A DNA stretch of 64,000 nucleotides from an uncultured delta proteobacterium (GTDB lineage Bacteria; Myxococcota_A; Polyangia; Polyangiales; Polyangiaceae). Under the pieces are notes generated by a model. That model ran no database searches and had not been told where the DNA came from. It was given only the letters and a program-made list of their open reading frames with translations. Position numbers and translations under genes: made by a program. Numbering within the stretch: position 1 is the first letter of the stretch; the number at the start of each line of letters is the position of its first letter. The DNA lies in contig CAWKKR010000007.1 of assembly GCA_963850305.1 (NCBI GenBank), forward strand, positions 832,001-896,000, read 5' to 3'. This document shows, piece after piece, positions 11,230-21,738 of the stretch.

Positions 11230-12681
11230 TCAGATGTCGAGCAGTCTCATTTGACGGACACGCGGATGCTGGGTGAACTCGATCGGATATTTGCCGCTCC
11301 AGCATGCGTGACAATACGGACTTTCGTTCGCGTCGCGAACCACGGGCAGCGATTTTCCGTGACCGCTTCCTGGATGATCCGGCGCTACGGTCCTCGCGCC
11401 CTCGACCGCGGCGATCATCCGCTCGAGCGAGAGGTAGGCGACCGAGTCGCTCGTGATGTACTGGTTGATCTCCTCCACGGTGTGACTGGACGCTATCAGT
11501 TCGGCGCGGGTCGGCGTGTCGATGCCGTAGTAACAGGGCCACTTCGTCGGCGGGCTCGAGATCCGCATGTGGATCTCCCTCGCTCCGGCGTCGCGGAGCA
11601 TCTTGACGATTTTTCGACTGGTCGTCCCCCGCACGATGCTGTCGTCGACGACGACGACGCGTTTCCCCCTGAGCCTGCTGCTGACGGGGTTCAGCTTCAA
11701 GCGTACGCCGAAGTGACGAATGCTCTGCTGAGGTTCGATGAACGTACGTCCGACGTAATGACTTCGAACGAGCCCCATCTCGAAGGGGATATGGGAACGC
11801 TCCGAGTAGCCGATCGTCGCTGGGACGCCGGAGTCTGGAACCGGAATGACGACGTCCGCGTCGACCGGATGCTCCTCCGCCAGTGCTCGGCCGAGCGCTT
11901 TCCGGGCGTCGTATACACTGACGCCATCGAGTACCGAGTCTGGCCGGGCGAAGTAAACGTATTCGAAGATGCACGTCCTCCGCGGTGCTTGCGGGAACGG
12001 ACGGGTGCTGCGCATTCCGCGCGCGTCGAACACGACCATCTCCCCCGGTTCCACCTCACGAACGTATTCGGCGCCGATCAGGTCGAAGCTCGTGGGCTCG
12101 CTCGACACGACGTACGAGCCGTTGGGCATTCGGCCGACGCACAGGGGTCGTATCCCCATCGGATCTCGGACGGCGATCATCTCCTTGTCGGTCAAGCAGA
12201 GCAGCGAATATGCGCCGCGAACCTGCGCGAGCGCGTCAGCCACGCGATCCTCCGCGGACCGCTGCGTGCTGATCGCGACGAGGTGCACGATGACCTCGGT
12301 ATCGCTGCTGCTCTGGAAGATCGAACCGCGCGACTCCAGGCGTTCACGCTGGGAGTCGGAGTTCGTCAGGTTGCCGTTGTGAGCAATCGCGATCGAGCCG
12401 CGCGAGTAATCCACGGCGATGGGCTGCGCATTCTTCAGCATCGAGCCACCGGCGGTCGAGTATCGGACGTGGCCGATGGCGTTGGCTCCCTTCAGCTTGT
12501 CGAGTTGCTCCTGGGGGAACACGTCGATGACGTGCCCCATTCCGCGATGGGCAGAGAGACGCTCACCGTCGCTCGTGACGATGCCAGCGCTTTCTTGCCC
12601 GCGATGCTGTAACGCATGCAGACCGAGATACGTGAGATTCGCTGCCTCGGGGTGACCGTAAACTCCGAAGACGCCGCACAT
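11230..12681 (-). CDS. purF: Amidophosphoribosyltransferase (Fe-S type)
   Basis: N-terminal [19 protein letters not shown] motif [12 protein letters not shown], and Fe-S cysteines CIFE/PCYYG/CHAC. Confidence 0.97.
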   Translation of the reverse strand: MCGVFGVYGHPEAANLTYLGLHALQHRGQESAGIVTSDGERLSAHRGMGHVIDVFPQEQLDKLKGANAIGHVRYSTAGGSMLKNAQPIAVDYSRGSIAIAHNGNLTNSDSQRERLESRGSIFQSSSDTEVIVHLVAISTQRSAEDRVADALAQVRGAYSLLCLTDKEMIAVRDPMGIRPLCVGRMPNGSYVVSSEPTSFDLIGAEYVREVEPGEMVVFDARGMRSTRPFPQAPRRTCIFEYVYFARPDSVLDGVSVYDARKALGRALAEEHPVDADVVIPVPDSGVPATIGYSERSHIPFEMGLVRSHYVGRTFIEPQQSIRHFGVRLKLNPVSSRLRGKRVVVVDDSIVRGTTSRKIVKMLRDAGAREIHMRISSPPTKWPCYYGIDTPTRAELIASSHTVEEINQYITSDSVAYLSLERMIAAVEGARTVAPDHPGSGHGKSLPVVRDANESPYCHACWSGKYPIEFTQHPRVRQMRLLDI

Positions 12682-12854
12682 TGGGAAACTTTCGTCGGGG
12701 GCGACCGGGCTCGCGATCCTCTCATGCCGCGCCCGGTGGCCGCCGGCAAGGCGGACGTGGGCCCGACCCATTTCAGGGGTCGGAGTCCCGGGTGCGGCCG
12801 ACGTCTATTCTTCACGCGGACGGGAGAAATTCTGTTTATCCTAAGCGTTCCTCG

Positions 12855-15632
12855 ATGGGCGCGCTCGACGAGATGCTCGCCAAGTGGCGTGACAATCCGG
12901 ATGCCGGCACGACGCTGGCTCTGTGCACCTACCTTGGAACGTCCCGCCGCGAAGATCTGATCCGGGAGGTTGGGTCGACCGCCGAAGCGTGGCACAAGGG
13001 CGATGCTCAGGTGATGCTGGCCATCGGGCGGATGTACCTGGATTCCGCGCTGCTCCAGGAAGCTCAGGCCGCGCTGGTCGTGGCGGGGAAGCTCAGCCAA
13101 GCGGATCCTTCGCCATACCGATATCTAGGAGAGGTACTGCTGCGCCGCGGCGACGCGACCCGAGCGGAGAAGGTTCTGTCGCGTGCGCTCCAGATCGGGG
13201 GCGCCGAGGCTGATACTCGCATGTGGCACGACCGAGCCGTCGTGTACGTCGCCCTCCAAACGCGGGTGGGCATGCGCGCCGTGGCGGACGAGATCGGTCG
13301 AACAATCCCGAAAAGAATGTCGATACCGCCGCCGACCCTGGGCCTCGAAGAAGGCGAACGTCCAGCCCCGCGCGCTCCACAGAACGTGGCGCCGCGGATT
13401 CCACCGCCGCCGAAGCTCGTCTCATCGATGCCCCCGCCTCTTCCGCCTGCGCCGATGCCAGCATTCCGATCCATTGAGCCGTCCGACGGCGACATTCCCA
13501 CGGGGCGGTTCGACGTCCCCGACGCGGGCGGCCCGTCGCGTGACGCGCTCGCCACCATAGTCACGCCGGCCGCAGGTCACAGCGGCCTCCCGCCGCCGCC
13601 GAGCGTGCCTCCTCCGCCTTTTCGCGCGGGCCCTCGATTCGGTGCGCCGTCGCCTAACCGCAGTCCGCTCGCGTCGTCGTTGCCCGTCGCGTTGCCGCCG
13701 CCGGTCGGGCCGAGGAGTCGGAACGGCCATGCCGCCCCGACCGAGTTCGATGATTCCGCCCATCCGGCGGCCGAGACTGTCCTCGAGCACCTCGCACGGG
13801 TCGGAGTATATGAGCGGGGTGGCGGCTCCCCCCCGGCCTGGACCGCCCCGACGCGGGCAAGGCAGCGAGGGACCTGGTTCTTCGCGACGCTCATCACGCT
13901 CGCCGGTGCCGCCGGTTACGGAGCTTTCTCGTACGTGCGTCACCTGCGGCTCGAGCGCATGGCGACGGCGCGCCGCATGGAGGCGCAGGTCACCCGGCAG
14001 CTCGAGACGGGGAACCTCGACAATCTGCGCCGCACGGACGCCGAGCTTTCCCAGGTGTTCGATCTGGACTCGCGCAGCAAGACTGCCGCGATTCTCTGGC
14101 TCCGGAACCGCGTTCTCTCGGTACTCGTACTTCCCGGTCAATCGCAAGGCATCGAGAGCGGGCTCGCACGATGCACGACGCTCGGGATCGACGATGCGCG
14201 AACGGCTTTCGGGCGCATCGGAAGCTTTCTCTCCGAGGGCGATCTCGCCGGCGCAGCTGCCGTTCTCTCGAAATGGGACGAAAAATCGAAGGATGACCCT
14301 TTCTACCATCTCGTGGCCGCCGCGATGCTCGAGCGCGCCGGGGACAATCGTGCGATGGGCCGCTATCAGCAGGCGTTTCACCTCGATCCGGACCTGAACA
14401 TCGCGCGCCTGTTCCACGCCGAGCTCGTCACGCTCGAGCTCGGGCCGGACGCGGGGCGGCCCTTCGTGGAAGACGTCGTCAAGCGGCTCGGGGACGCTCC
14501 GGCATCCCACGCGCTCGTGGGGCTCGTGTGGGCGCTCGACTCGAATGCCGGCGATCTCCCCGACAGCGGACGAGTCACGGATGCGGATCGCGCAAAGCTG
14601 CCCACGCAACTTGCCGCGATTCCCGGATTGGTGAACGCGCGCGTCGCCGCGCGCGAAGGGCACACGGACCAGGCGACCGCGGCCCTCGACCTGGCGCTGT
14701 CCGCCGTCCAGACGCCGGCTCTCGCAACCACGATCGGCCGAATGGCGATCGAGCTCGGGGACATCGCACTCGCGCGCAAAGCGACGCTGACGGCTCTATC
14801 GTACTCTGCGCTCTACCCGGGCGCGCGGTCGCTGGCTGCGCGCGTGGCGTTGCTCGGCGGCCACATCGACGAGGCGAAGAAAGCCATTCAGGAGCTCGAC
14901 GCGAAGAGTCCCGAGGTGGCGGTCGTACGCGCTGCCGTCGCGTATGAATCGCTGGACCTCTCGGAGCTCGACGCCGCCGTGCAGGCCATGGGCTCGACGG
15001 ATGGCGCCGCGAGCGCTCTCGCCGTCGGTTCCGGCATCGTTCTCGGACGGAAATACCCGACTCCGGCGGCACTCGGCGCCCTCGCCGTGCCAGGTGTTCC
15101 GTGGGGAGATTTCGTCGCCGTCGATGCAGCGCTCGATACGGGCAACATGGAGCTCGCGCAGAAGATTGCTGCCCGCTGGGGAGATCGTGCCAGCACGCCC
15201 ACCTACGCTCTCCGTCGTTCCCGCCTCTTGCGCTACGAAGGAAAGAACGCCGACGCGGCGCTGGCCTCTGCCGACGCCGTTGTCCCCGGTGAGGTGACGC
15301 CGCGCGTTCTCGTCGAGCGCCTCTACGCGCTCCTCGCGGCCAGAGACGTCGCTGGCGCCCGCGCATTCCTGTCGCAATATCCCGCCGTGCTCGGGCCGAT
15401 GACGGATTTCCTGAAGGTGTCCACGGACGTCGCGGACGACAACAGCTCGCGTGCGAAGGCGCTCGCGGCGAGGCTGGAGCCGCCGCCGCCGGATTCGCCG
15501 TTGCTCTACGATCTGATTGCCGCGCGGGCGTTCACGGAAGTCAGCGACCGAAGGGCGAAGAGCCTCGTCAGGGCGCTGCTCCGCGCCGCGCCGAAGCACC
15601 CCGACGTCCTCGCGATAGCGGAGATGAAGTGA
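12855..15632 (+). CDS. Large bitopic TPR-like protein (N-terminal TPR, Pro-rich linker, TM, helical-repeat C-terminus)
   Basis: TPR-like 'YRYLGEVLLRRGDATRAEKVLSRAL', a long Pro-rich region, TM WFFATLITLAGAAGYGAF and Ala/Leu-rich helical repeats. Confidence 0.75.
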   Translation: MGALDEMLAKWRDNPDAGTTLALCTYLGTSRREDLIREVGSTAEAWHKGDAQVMLAIGRMYLDSALLQEAQAALVVAGKLSQADPSPYRYLGEVLLRRGDATRAEKVLSRALQIGGAEADTRMWHDRAVVYVALQTRVGMRAVADEIGRTIPKRMSIPPPTLGLEEGERPAPRAPQNVAPRIPPPPKLVSSMPPPLPPAPMPAFRSIEPSDGDIPTGRFDVPDAGGPSRDALATIVTPAAGHSGLPPPPSVPPPPFRAGPRFGAPSPNRSPLASSLPVALPPPVGPRSRNGHAAPTEFDDSAHPAAETVLEHLARVGVYERGGGSPPAWTAPTRARQRGTWFFATLITLAGAAGYGAFSYVRHLRLERMATARRMEAQVTRQLETGNLDNLRRTDAELSQVFDLDSRSKTAAILWLRNRVLSVLVLPGQSQGIESGLARCTTLGIDDARTAFGRIGSFLSEGDLAGAAAVLSKWDEKSKDDPFYHLVAAAMLERAGDNRAMGRYQQAFHLDPDLNIARLFHAELVTLELGPDAGRPFVEDVVKRLGDAPASHALVGLVWALDSNAGDLPDSGRVTDADRAKLPTQLAAIPGLVNARVAAREGHTDQATAALDLALSAVQTPALATTIGRMAIELGDIALARKATLTALSYSALYPGARSLAARVALLGGHIDEAKKAIQELDAKSPEVAVVRAAVAYESLDLSELDAAVQAMGSTDGAASALAVGSGIVLGRKYPTPAALGALAVPGVPWGDFVAVDAALDTGNMELAQKIAARWGDRASTPTYALRRSRLLRYEGKNADAALASADAVVPGEVTPRVLVERLYALLAARDVAGARAFLSQYPAVLGPMTDFLKVSTDVADDNSSRAKALAARLEPPPPDSPLLYDLIAARAFTEVSDRRAKSLVRALLRAAPKHPDVLAIAEMK

Positions 15633-15639
15633 TCGAATG

Positions 15640-16754
15640 TCAGGCGCGCGGTCGCAAGCTCGCTTCGCCTGCGCCACGACCTTCGAGCATCGATCGCAGC
15701 TCCTCCTGATCGGTCGAACGGCCCAACGCTTCCTCGAGCGTGATGAGTTTGCGCGAGTAGAGCGAGTAGAGGGATTGATTCATCGTTTGCATCCCGTGGT
15801 TCAGCTGCCCCACCTGCATCTGCGTGTAGATCTGGTGGATCTTGTCTTCGCGGATCAGGTTTCGAACGGCGGCGTTCGGGATCAATACTTCCATGGCGAG
15901 GACTCGGCCGGGCGCTCCAGCGCGTGGGATCAGGAGCTGGCTCATCACCCCTTCGAGCACGAACGATAGCTGCGCCCGGATCTGGGACTGCTGGTGCGGC
16001 GGAAAGACGTCGATGATCCGGTTGATGCTCTGGATCGCCGAGTTGGTGTGGAGTGTCGCGAACACGAGATGCCCTGTTTCGGCGATCGTCAGCGCAGCCT
16101 CGATCGTCTCGAGATCCCGCATTTCACCGATGAGCACGACATCCGGGTCCTGGCGGAGGACGTACTTGAGCGCCAGCTTGAACGCCGTCGTGTCGCTCCC
16201 CACTTCGCGCTGATTCACGACGCAGCGCTTGTGCGGGTGGAGATACTCGATCGGATCCTCGACGGTCATGATGTGCTGGCGCGTCTCGGTGTTGATCTTG
16301 TCGATGATCGACGCGAGCGTCGTGCTCTTGCCGGAGCCGGTTGGTCCGGTGACGAGCACGAGTCCGCGCGGACGCGATGACAGCCCCGCGACGGCCGGTG
16401 GCAATCCGAGCTCGTCGAACGACAGGATCTTGAATGGGATAGCGCGGAAGGCGCCGGACACCGCGCCACGTTGCATGAAGATGTTCGCGCGGAAGCGCGA
16501 TAGATTCTTCACTCCAAACGAAAGGTCGAGCTCCTTGTTCTTTTCGAACGCGATCTTCTGCTCCTCCGTCAGCACCGAGTAGCAAAGCTGTTTCGTCTCG
16601 ACCGGCGAGAGGGGGGGAGCTTCAGCGGCACTATCGCCCCGTCGATGCGGAGGAGCGGCGGCGAGCCCGTCGTGATGTGCATGTCGCTCGCAGCCTTCTC
16701 GATCATCGCGCGGAGAAGCTGGTGGAGATTTACCTTTAGGCCGTCTTGTTCCAT
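15640..16754 (-). CDS. pilT: Type IV pilus retraction ATPase PilT (frameshift at G7 run 16611-16617)
   Basis: The N-terminus (ASDMHITTGSPPLLRIDG) is in ORF 16569..16754. The rest (GPTGSGKST, EDPIE, LRQDPD, AVRNLIRE, GMQTMNQ) is in ORF 15640..17076. Confidence 0.93.
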
Positions 16755-18455
16755 TCAGTCCGCCATCGTCACTCGGACGATCTCGTCCGTCGTGGTCACG
16801 CCCTCCATCACCTTTTTTATGCCGCTTGCCCGTAGCGTGAACATGCCGCCGCGAATGGCTGCGGCTTTCAGCTCCGCGGCCGAAGCGCCCTGAAGCACCA
16901 TTTCCTTCAGAGAGTCCGTAAACCGCATCACTTCGTAAAGCGCGACGCGCCCCTTGTAGCCGGACCCATTGCAGGTCGTGCAACCGACACCTTTCTGGAT
17001 CGGCGCGCCGAGTTGATCTTCTTCGAACCCGACCTCGCGCAGGACTTCCGGATCGACCTCGAAGGGTTTCTTGCAATCAGCGCAGATCTTTCGAGCGAGA
17101 CGCTGAGCGAGCACGAGATTCACGCTCGCGGTGATGAGGAACGGTTCGACGCCCATGTTCAGAAGGCGCGAGATCGTCGCCGGGGCGTCGTTCGTGTGCA
17201 GGGTCGAGAGCACCAGGTGGCCCGTCAGCGCCGCCTTGACCGCGATTTCCGCCGTCTCGAAGTCCCGGATCTCGCCCACCATGATGATGTCGGGATCCTG
17301 CCGCAAGAAGGAGCGCAAGCTCATTGCGAAGTTGAGCCCGATCTCGTCGTGCATCTGCACCTGATTGATGCCGTGCAGGTTGTACTCGACGGGATCTTCG
17401 GCCGTACTGATGTTCACGTCCGGCTGATTTAGGTCGCTCAGCGCCGAGTAGAGAGTCGTGGTCTTGCCGGAGCCCGTAGGGCCCGTGACGAGCACCATTC
17501 CCCACGGCTGACCGATGGCCCACTTGAAATCCTGCAAGGGCTTCGGATCGAAGCCCAACTTCGCCATGTCGAGCTGCAGGTTCGACTTGTCGAGAAGACG
17601 CATGACGATCTTCTCGCCCCACATCGTCGGAAGCACCGAGACGCGGAAGTCCATCTCGCGATCCTTGCCGAGCTTCAGCTTGATGCGTCCGTCCTGCGGG
17701 AGGCGGCGCTCGGCGATGTCGAGCATGCTCATGATCTTGAGCCGGCTCGAAATCGCGTTTTTGAGCTTGAGTGGTGGCGTCATTTCTTCATGGAGCACGC
17801 CATCGATGCGGTAGCGGACGCGCATCTTCTTTTCGTACGGCTCGATGTGGATGTCGCTCGCGCCTTTTCTGATCGCGTTCAGGAGAATCACGTTGACCAG
17901 GCGCACGACGGGGGCGTCCTCGCTCGCTTTTTCGAGCTCGAGGACGTTCACTTCCTCGTTTTCCCCGGTGAAATCGATCTCGTCGTCGCCCACTCCGAAG
18001 TCGGCCATGACCTCTTCGTAGGAAGGGCCGCTCGAGTAGTAGCGTTCGATTGCCGTGACGATCGCTCCCTCGCTGCAGACGACCGGCTCGACGTTGAACC
18101 CGGTGAGGAACTTCACGTCGTCCGTCGCATTCAGATTCGTAGGGTCGGCCATGGCGACGATGAGCGCGGAGCCTGAACGCGACACGGGGATGATCTTGTG
18201 TTTTTCGCAGACCTCGCGACTCACGAGCTTGATGACGTCCGGCTCGATCTCGAACTCGTCGAGATTGATCGACGGCAGTCGATACTGGGACGAGAGGAAG
18301 CTCGTGATCTCGCCATCGGAGATGAATCCGAGCTTGGCGAGCGTGTAGCTCAGGTTCTGTCCCGACTTCTTCTGCTCCTCTTGCGCGGAGCGAAGTTGCT
18401 GGAGGCTGATGAGCTTTTCGCGAACGAGGAGTTCACCGAGGCGTTTGGTCGACAT
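16755..18455 (-). CDS. pilB: Type IV pilus assembly ATPase PilB
   Basis: MshEN-like RLGELLVREKLIS, ASDIHIEP, RLPQDGRI, GPTGSGKTT, tetracysteine motif and GRVALYE. Confidence 0.97.
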   Translation of the reverse strand: MSTKRLGELLVREKLISLQQLRSAQEEQKKSGQNLSYTLAKLGFISDGEITSFLSSQYRLPSINLDEFEIEPDVIKLVSREVCEKHKIIPVSRSGSALIVAMADPTNLNATDDVKFLTGFNVEPVVCSEGAIVTAIERYYSSGPSYEEVMADFGVGDDEIDFTGENEEVNVLELEKASEDAPVVRLVNVILLNAIRKGASDIHIEPYEKKMRVRYRIDGVLHEEMTPPLKLKNAISSRLKIMSMLDIAERRLPQDGRIKLKLGKDREMDFRVSVLPTMWGEKIVMRLLDKSNLQLDMAKLGFDPKPLQDFKWAIGQPWGMVLVTGPTGSGKTTTLYSALSDLNQPDVNISTAEDPVEYNLHGINQVQMHDEIGLNFAMSLRSFLRQDPDIIMVGEIRDFETAEIAVKAALTGHLVLSTLHTNDAPATISRLLNMGVEPFLITASVNLVLAQRLARKICADCKKPFEVDPEVLREVGFEEDQLGAPIQKGVGCTTCNGSGYKGRVALYEVMRFTDSLKEMVLQGASAAELKAAAIRGGMFTLRASGIKKVMEGVTTTDEIVRVTMAD

Positions 18456-18718
18456 GAGCGTAGGGCGGACGCGCGAGGCACGTGAGGGGACCGCGGCCGA
18501 ACCCGAGACTTTAACATCAAGGTCGTCGCTCCGGGCGCTCGCCGAGAGACTCCCGCGCGCGCGAGGGCTCGGGCCAGCCTCCAGAATCCGGTCGATGTGC
18601 GGGAAGAATTGTTTTCGCCCGGCTGCTCGGGCACCCGTTAGACTCGAGGATTGACGCGCGACCGGCGCGACCAATACTACGGTCTCCCCATCGGGAAATG
18701 CGGGTTTTCTAGAGCACC

Positions 18719-19882
18719 ATGTCCAAGACGTACTCGGACCTTTTTTCTGAAGTCAGGCAACAGGTACGCACCGTTTCACTGGAAGACCTCAAAACCAGGC
18801 TTGAATCGCGGGCGCCTCCGTTCATTTTGGTGGACGTGCGCGAGAAGGATGAGTTTCGAGCGGGCTTCATTCCGGGCGCGATCCATCTGCCTCGCGGCTT
18901 CCTCGAGATGCAGGCCGAGCAGAAGCTGCCCGATAAGTCGGCGGAGATCATCGTTTATTGCGCAGGCGGCACTCGGAGCGCGTTCGCGGCAAAGAGCCTC
19001 GGCGAGCTCGGATACACGAATGTCGTCAGTGCCAACCCAGGATTCGTTCGCTGGAAGGACCTCGCCTATCCCACCGAGCGTCCGCCCGAGCTTACAGAAG
19101 CTCAACGCGAACGGTATTCGCGCCATATCCTTCTTCCGGAGGTTGGGGAGACGGGCCAGGCAAAGCTGCTGTCGAGCAAGGTGTTGCTGCTCGGCGCAGG
19201 CGGCCTTGGAAGCCCGGCGGCGGTGTACTTGGCCGCGGCAGGTGTCGGCACGATTGGCCTGGTCGACGCGGACGTCGTCGATGCGTCGAACTTGCAGCGT
19301 CAGATCGTACACGCGACCTCGCGGGTCGGCATGCCCAAGGTCGACAGCGCGGAGATTGCCATCAATGAATTGAACCCCGACGTCAAGGTCGTGAAGTTCC
19401 AGGAGCGAGTGAACAGCGCCAACGTTGACCGCATCTTCAAAGGGTGGGACGTGGTCATCGACGGCTGCGACAACTTTCCGACGCGGTATCTCGTCAACGA
19501 CGCGTCCGTCTTCAACAAGGTGCCTGTCGTACATGGCTCGATCTTCCGCTTCGACGGACAGGTCACGACATTCAAGCCGTTCGACGGTCCCTGCTACCGG
19601 TGCCTTTATCCCGAGCCACCGCCGGCACATCTCGCTCCGTCGTGTGCGGAGGCTGGGGTCCTCGGAATCCTGTGCGGCATCGTGGGCACGCTTCAGGCGA
19701 CCGAGGCCATCAAGCTATTGCTCGGCAAGGGGAATCTGCTGGTCGGCCGCCTTCTGCAATACGACTCGATGAACATGACATTCCGCTCGTTCAAGCTGCG
19801 CCGGAACAAACAGTGTCCCGTATGCGGGGAGAATCCGACGATCAAAGAATACATCGACTACGAGGGCTTCTGCGCTCGCTGA
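18719..19882 (+). CDS. moeB: MoeB/MoeZ adenylyltransferase with N-terminal rhodanese domain
   Basis: Rhodanese DVRE...CAGGTRS; ThiF motifs RYSRHILLPEVG, GAGGLGSP, SNLQRQ, PCYRC and CPVC. Confidence 0.9.
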   Translation: MSKTYSDLFSEVRQQVRTVSLEDLKTRLESRAPPFILVDVREKDEFRAGFIPGAIHLPRGFLEMQAEQKLPDKSAEIIVYCAGGTRSAFAAKSLGELGYTNVVSANPGFVRWKDLAYPTERPPELTEAQRERYSRHILLPEVGETGQAKLLSSKVLLLGAGGLGSPAAVYLAAAGVGTIGLVDADVVDASNLQRQIVHATSRVGMPKVDSAEIAINELNPDVKVVKFQERVNSANVDRIFKGWDVVIDGCDNFPTRYLVNDASVFNKVPVVHGSIFRFDGQVTTFKPFDGPCYRCLYPEPPPAHLAPSCAEAGVLGILCGIVGTLQATEAIKLLLGKGNLLVGRLLQYDSMNMTFRSFKLRRNKQCPVCGENPTIKEYIDYEGFCAR

Positions 19883-19941
19883 GCCGCGCCGAGTGTCGCT
19901 TTCGCACACGAGCCCCCGCGGGGGGGAGGCTCCTCCGGGAA

Positions 19942-20952
19942 TCAGCCCCCGGAAGCGGGCCACTCCGGCCACAGCGGGCCAAGGTTGAGTGCATCCCGCC
20001 GCGCGGTCTCGCGCGCCGTGACGCGGACCGCGAGGGTGTGAGCCGTGACTGCGAGAAGCAAGCCAGCGACCACGTCGATCACGTAGTGCCAGCGCAGAAA
20101 CATCGTGGCAATGACGATGTTGATCGCGAAAAATGCGACAACCGGCCACGTGTACCGGAACGGTAGTTCTCCGCGGCGATGGAAGGAAAAAAGCACCAGG
20201 AATGTCGGGGCCGCGGTGTGGAGGGATGGGAAGATATCCTTCTGCGCCCCGCTGCGTGCGACCAGATCGGAGGTCGTATTCCACCAGATACCGGGCGAGA
20301 GATGGTGCTGGAAGACCTCGGGCATCGCCTTGTACGGACCGTAGCCGGGCACGAGCATGTACAAGGTATGACCAATGCAGAAGAGCAGGATCATCCCGAA
20401 CGCGAACTCGGAGAGTAGCTGCCTCTGTCGGGAGAGGAACAGGATGGGCAGCACATGGAGGGCCAGCACGAGAAAGTAGCTGAAGTAGAAGAAGGCGAAC
20501 CACTCGGTCGTCGCGGGATTGACGAATCTGTCGAGGTAGATGGCCGGCTCCGCTCCGAACAAACGCAGATCCAGCCCATACAGACCGAGATCGAGCGACC
20601 GGGGATTCACGAGCGGCAGGAGCTTCAGGAACATGAAGTAGGTGATTTGCACGCTGCCGTAAGTCACCAGCCGATACAACGCGGGGGTCAGGTATTTCTG
20701 CGTGACCAGCTTCGAGCGAACCGCGACCACCGTGGCGGTATGCGCGAGGAAGAGCGTGGCGACATTCGTGAGGCAGTCTGTGCGCACGCTGCTCGGCCGC
20801 GCGGTGAGCACTGCGGCGTTCAGCCCGAGCAGGTAGACGAAAACGACGAGATCTTGCGGTGCCAGCTCACGCAGGAAGCGTCGGAAGGGGCTTCCCTCGC
20901 GAATGTCGCTCGGATTCGAGCGAACGTAGAGCTCGTGCTGGTCGACCGTCAT
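19942..20952 (-). CDS. PAP2-superfamily membrane protein, Aur1/inositol-phosphotransferase-like
   Basis: Multi-TM protein with FFYFSYF, PGYGP, FPSLHTA and WHYVIDVVAG motifs. Confidence 0.8.
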   Translation of the reverse strand: MTVDQHELYVRSNPSDIREGSPFRRFLRELAPQDLVVFVYLLGLNAAVLTARPSSVRTDCLTNVATLFLAHTATVVAVRSKLVTQKYLTPALYRLVTYGSVQITYFMFLKLLPLVNPRSLDLGLYGLDLRLFGAEPAIYLDRFVNPATTEWFAFFYFSYFLVLALHVLPILFLSRQRQLLSEFAFGMILLFCIGHTLYMLVPGYGPYKAMPEVFQHHLSPGIWWNTTSDLVARSGAQKDIFPSLHTAAPTFLVLFSFHRRGELPFRYTWPVVAFFAINIVIATMFLRWHYVIDVVAGLLLAVTAHTLAVRVTARETARRDALNLGPLWPEWPASGG

Positions 20953-21105
20953 CTATCGGCTGCCAAATCGTTGATAGCAAGCTCGTGCCGCGCCTGTCAC
21001 CCCGCGGTCACCAGGAACAGATCTATCGCCACGCCGGTTCGCCGCACGTGACAATTGAATGCGTAGATGGCTACGCACTGGCGCAGCCCTTTCGCAGCAG
21101 CGAAT

Positions 21106-21738
21106 TCACCGAACGCGGCGCCTGGCGGGAGACGAGTCCGGAGCTGAAACGCTCTCTTCTGCGACGCGAACATTCTTTCGAGCCGCACCGTCGTCGAGAA
21201 AGCGGTCCACTTGGGCTCGGGCAAGCAGCTCTTCCGCGTGGGCGACACTCACTGCGAGGCTCCTGGCAATTTCCGCTCCGTCCAGCGCGCCCCGGACGCG
21301 CAGGAGTTCCTGGGTGAGGGCTACCTCCGCGTCTTCCATGGCGGCACGCAGCGCTCCGACGACTCGTCGCGTGCGGAAGAAAGCATATGCGGCGAGCGCC
21401 AGCGGCGCCGTTACGAAAATCGTGGAGACGACGCCCGCCACCGGACCGAAGTGAGCCAGTAACCCGAACAGGGCGACGGTCGCCACGCTGGCCAGGGTCG
21501 CGAACGACGCTACTGCGGTGACGACGTTCCACGTTGCCCGCTGCGAGAGCAACGCCTTCGCGCGCACAAGATGTGGTTTTTCGCGGCCTGCGTTCGCGAC
21601 TGCCAGGTCATCGACGACGACTCGCGGTCCGCCGCACATCAAGCAAAAGTATCCCCCGGCTTGGCTGGAAACCCCGCTCGTCGCGCCGCAGAGGGGGCAC
21701 GGTGTCCCCTCGCCGAGTCGCGGGCTCACGCGAGTCAC
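21106..21738 (-). CDS. Hypothetical membrane protein with N-terminal CxxC...CxxC zinc ribbon
   Basis: CPLC and CLMC pairs, two TM segments; its GTG start overlaps the Nudix stop codon (GTGA). Confidence 0.65.
   Translation of the reverse strand: MTRVSPRLGEGTPCPLCGATSGVSSQAGGYFCLMCGGPRVVVDDLAVANAGREKPHLVRAKALLSQRATWNVVTAVASFATLASVATVALFGLLAHFGPVAGVVSTIFVTAPLALAAYAFFRTRRVVGALRAAMEDAEVALTQELLRVRGALDGAEIARSLAVSVAHAEELLARAQVDRFLDDGAARKNVRVAEESVSAPDSSPARRRVR

Noticed and set aside
20974..20990. Sigma54-like GGCACG...TTGC on the minus strand upstream of the PAP2 gene
   Set aside because: The GG-to-GC spacing is 9 nt rather than the strict 10. It could be rescued only by assuming an indel error.
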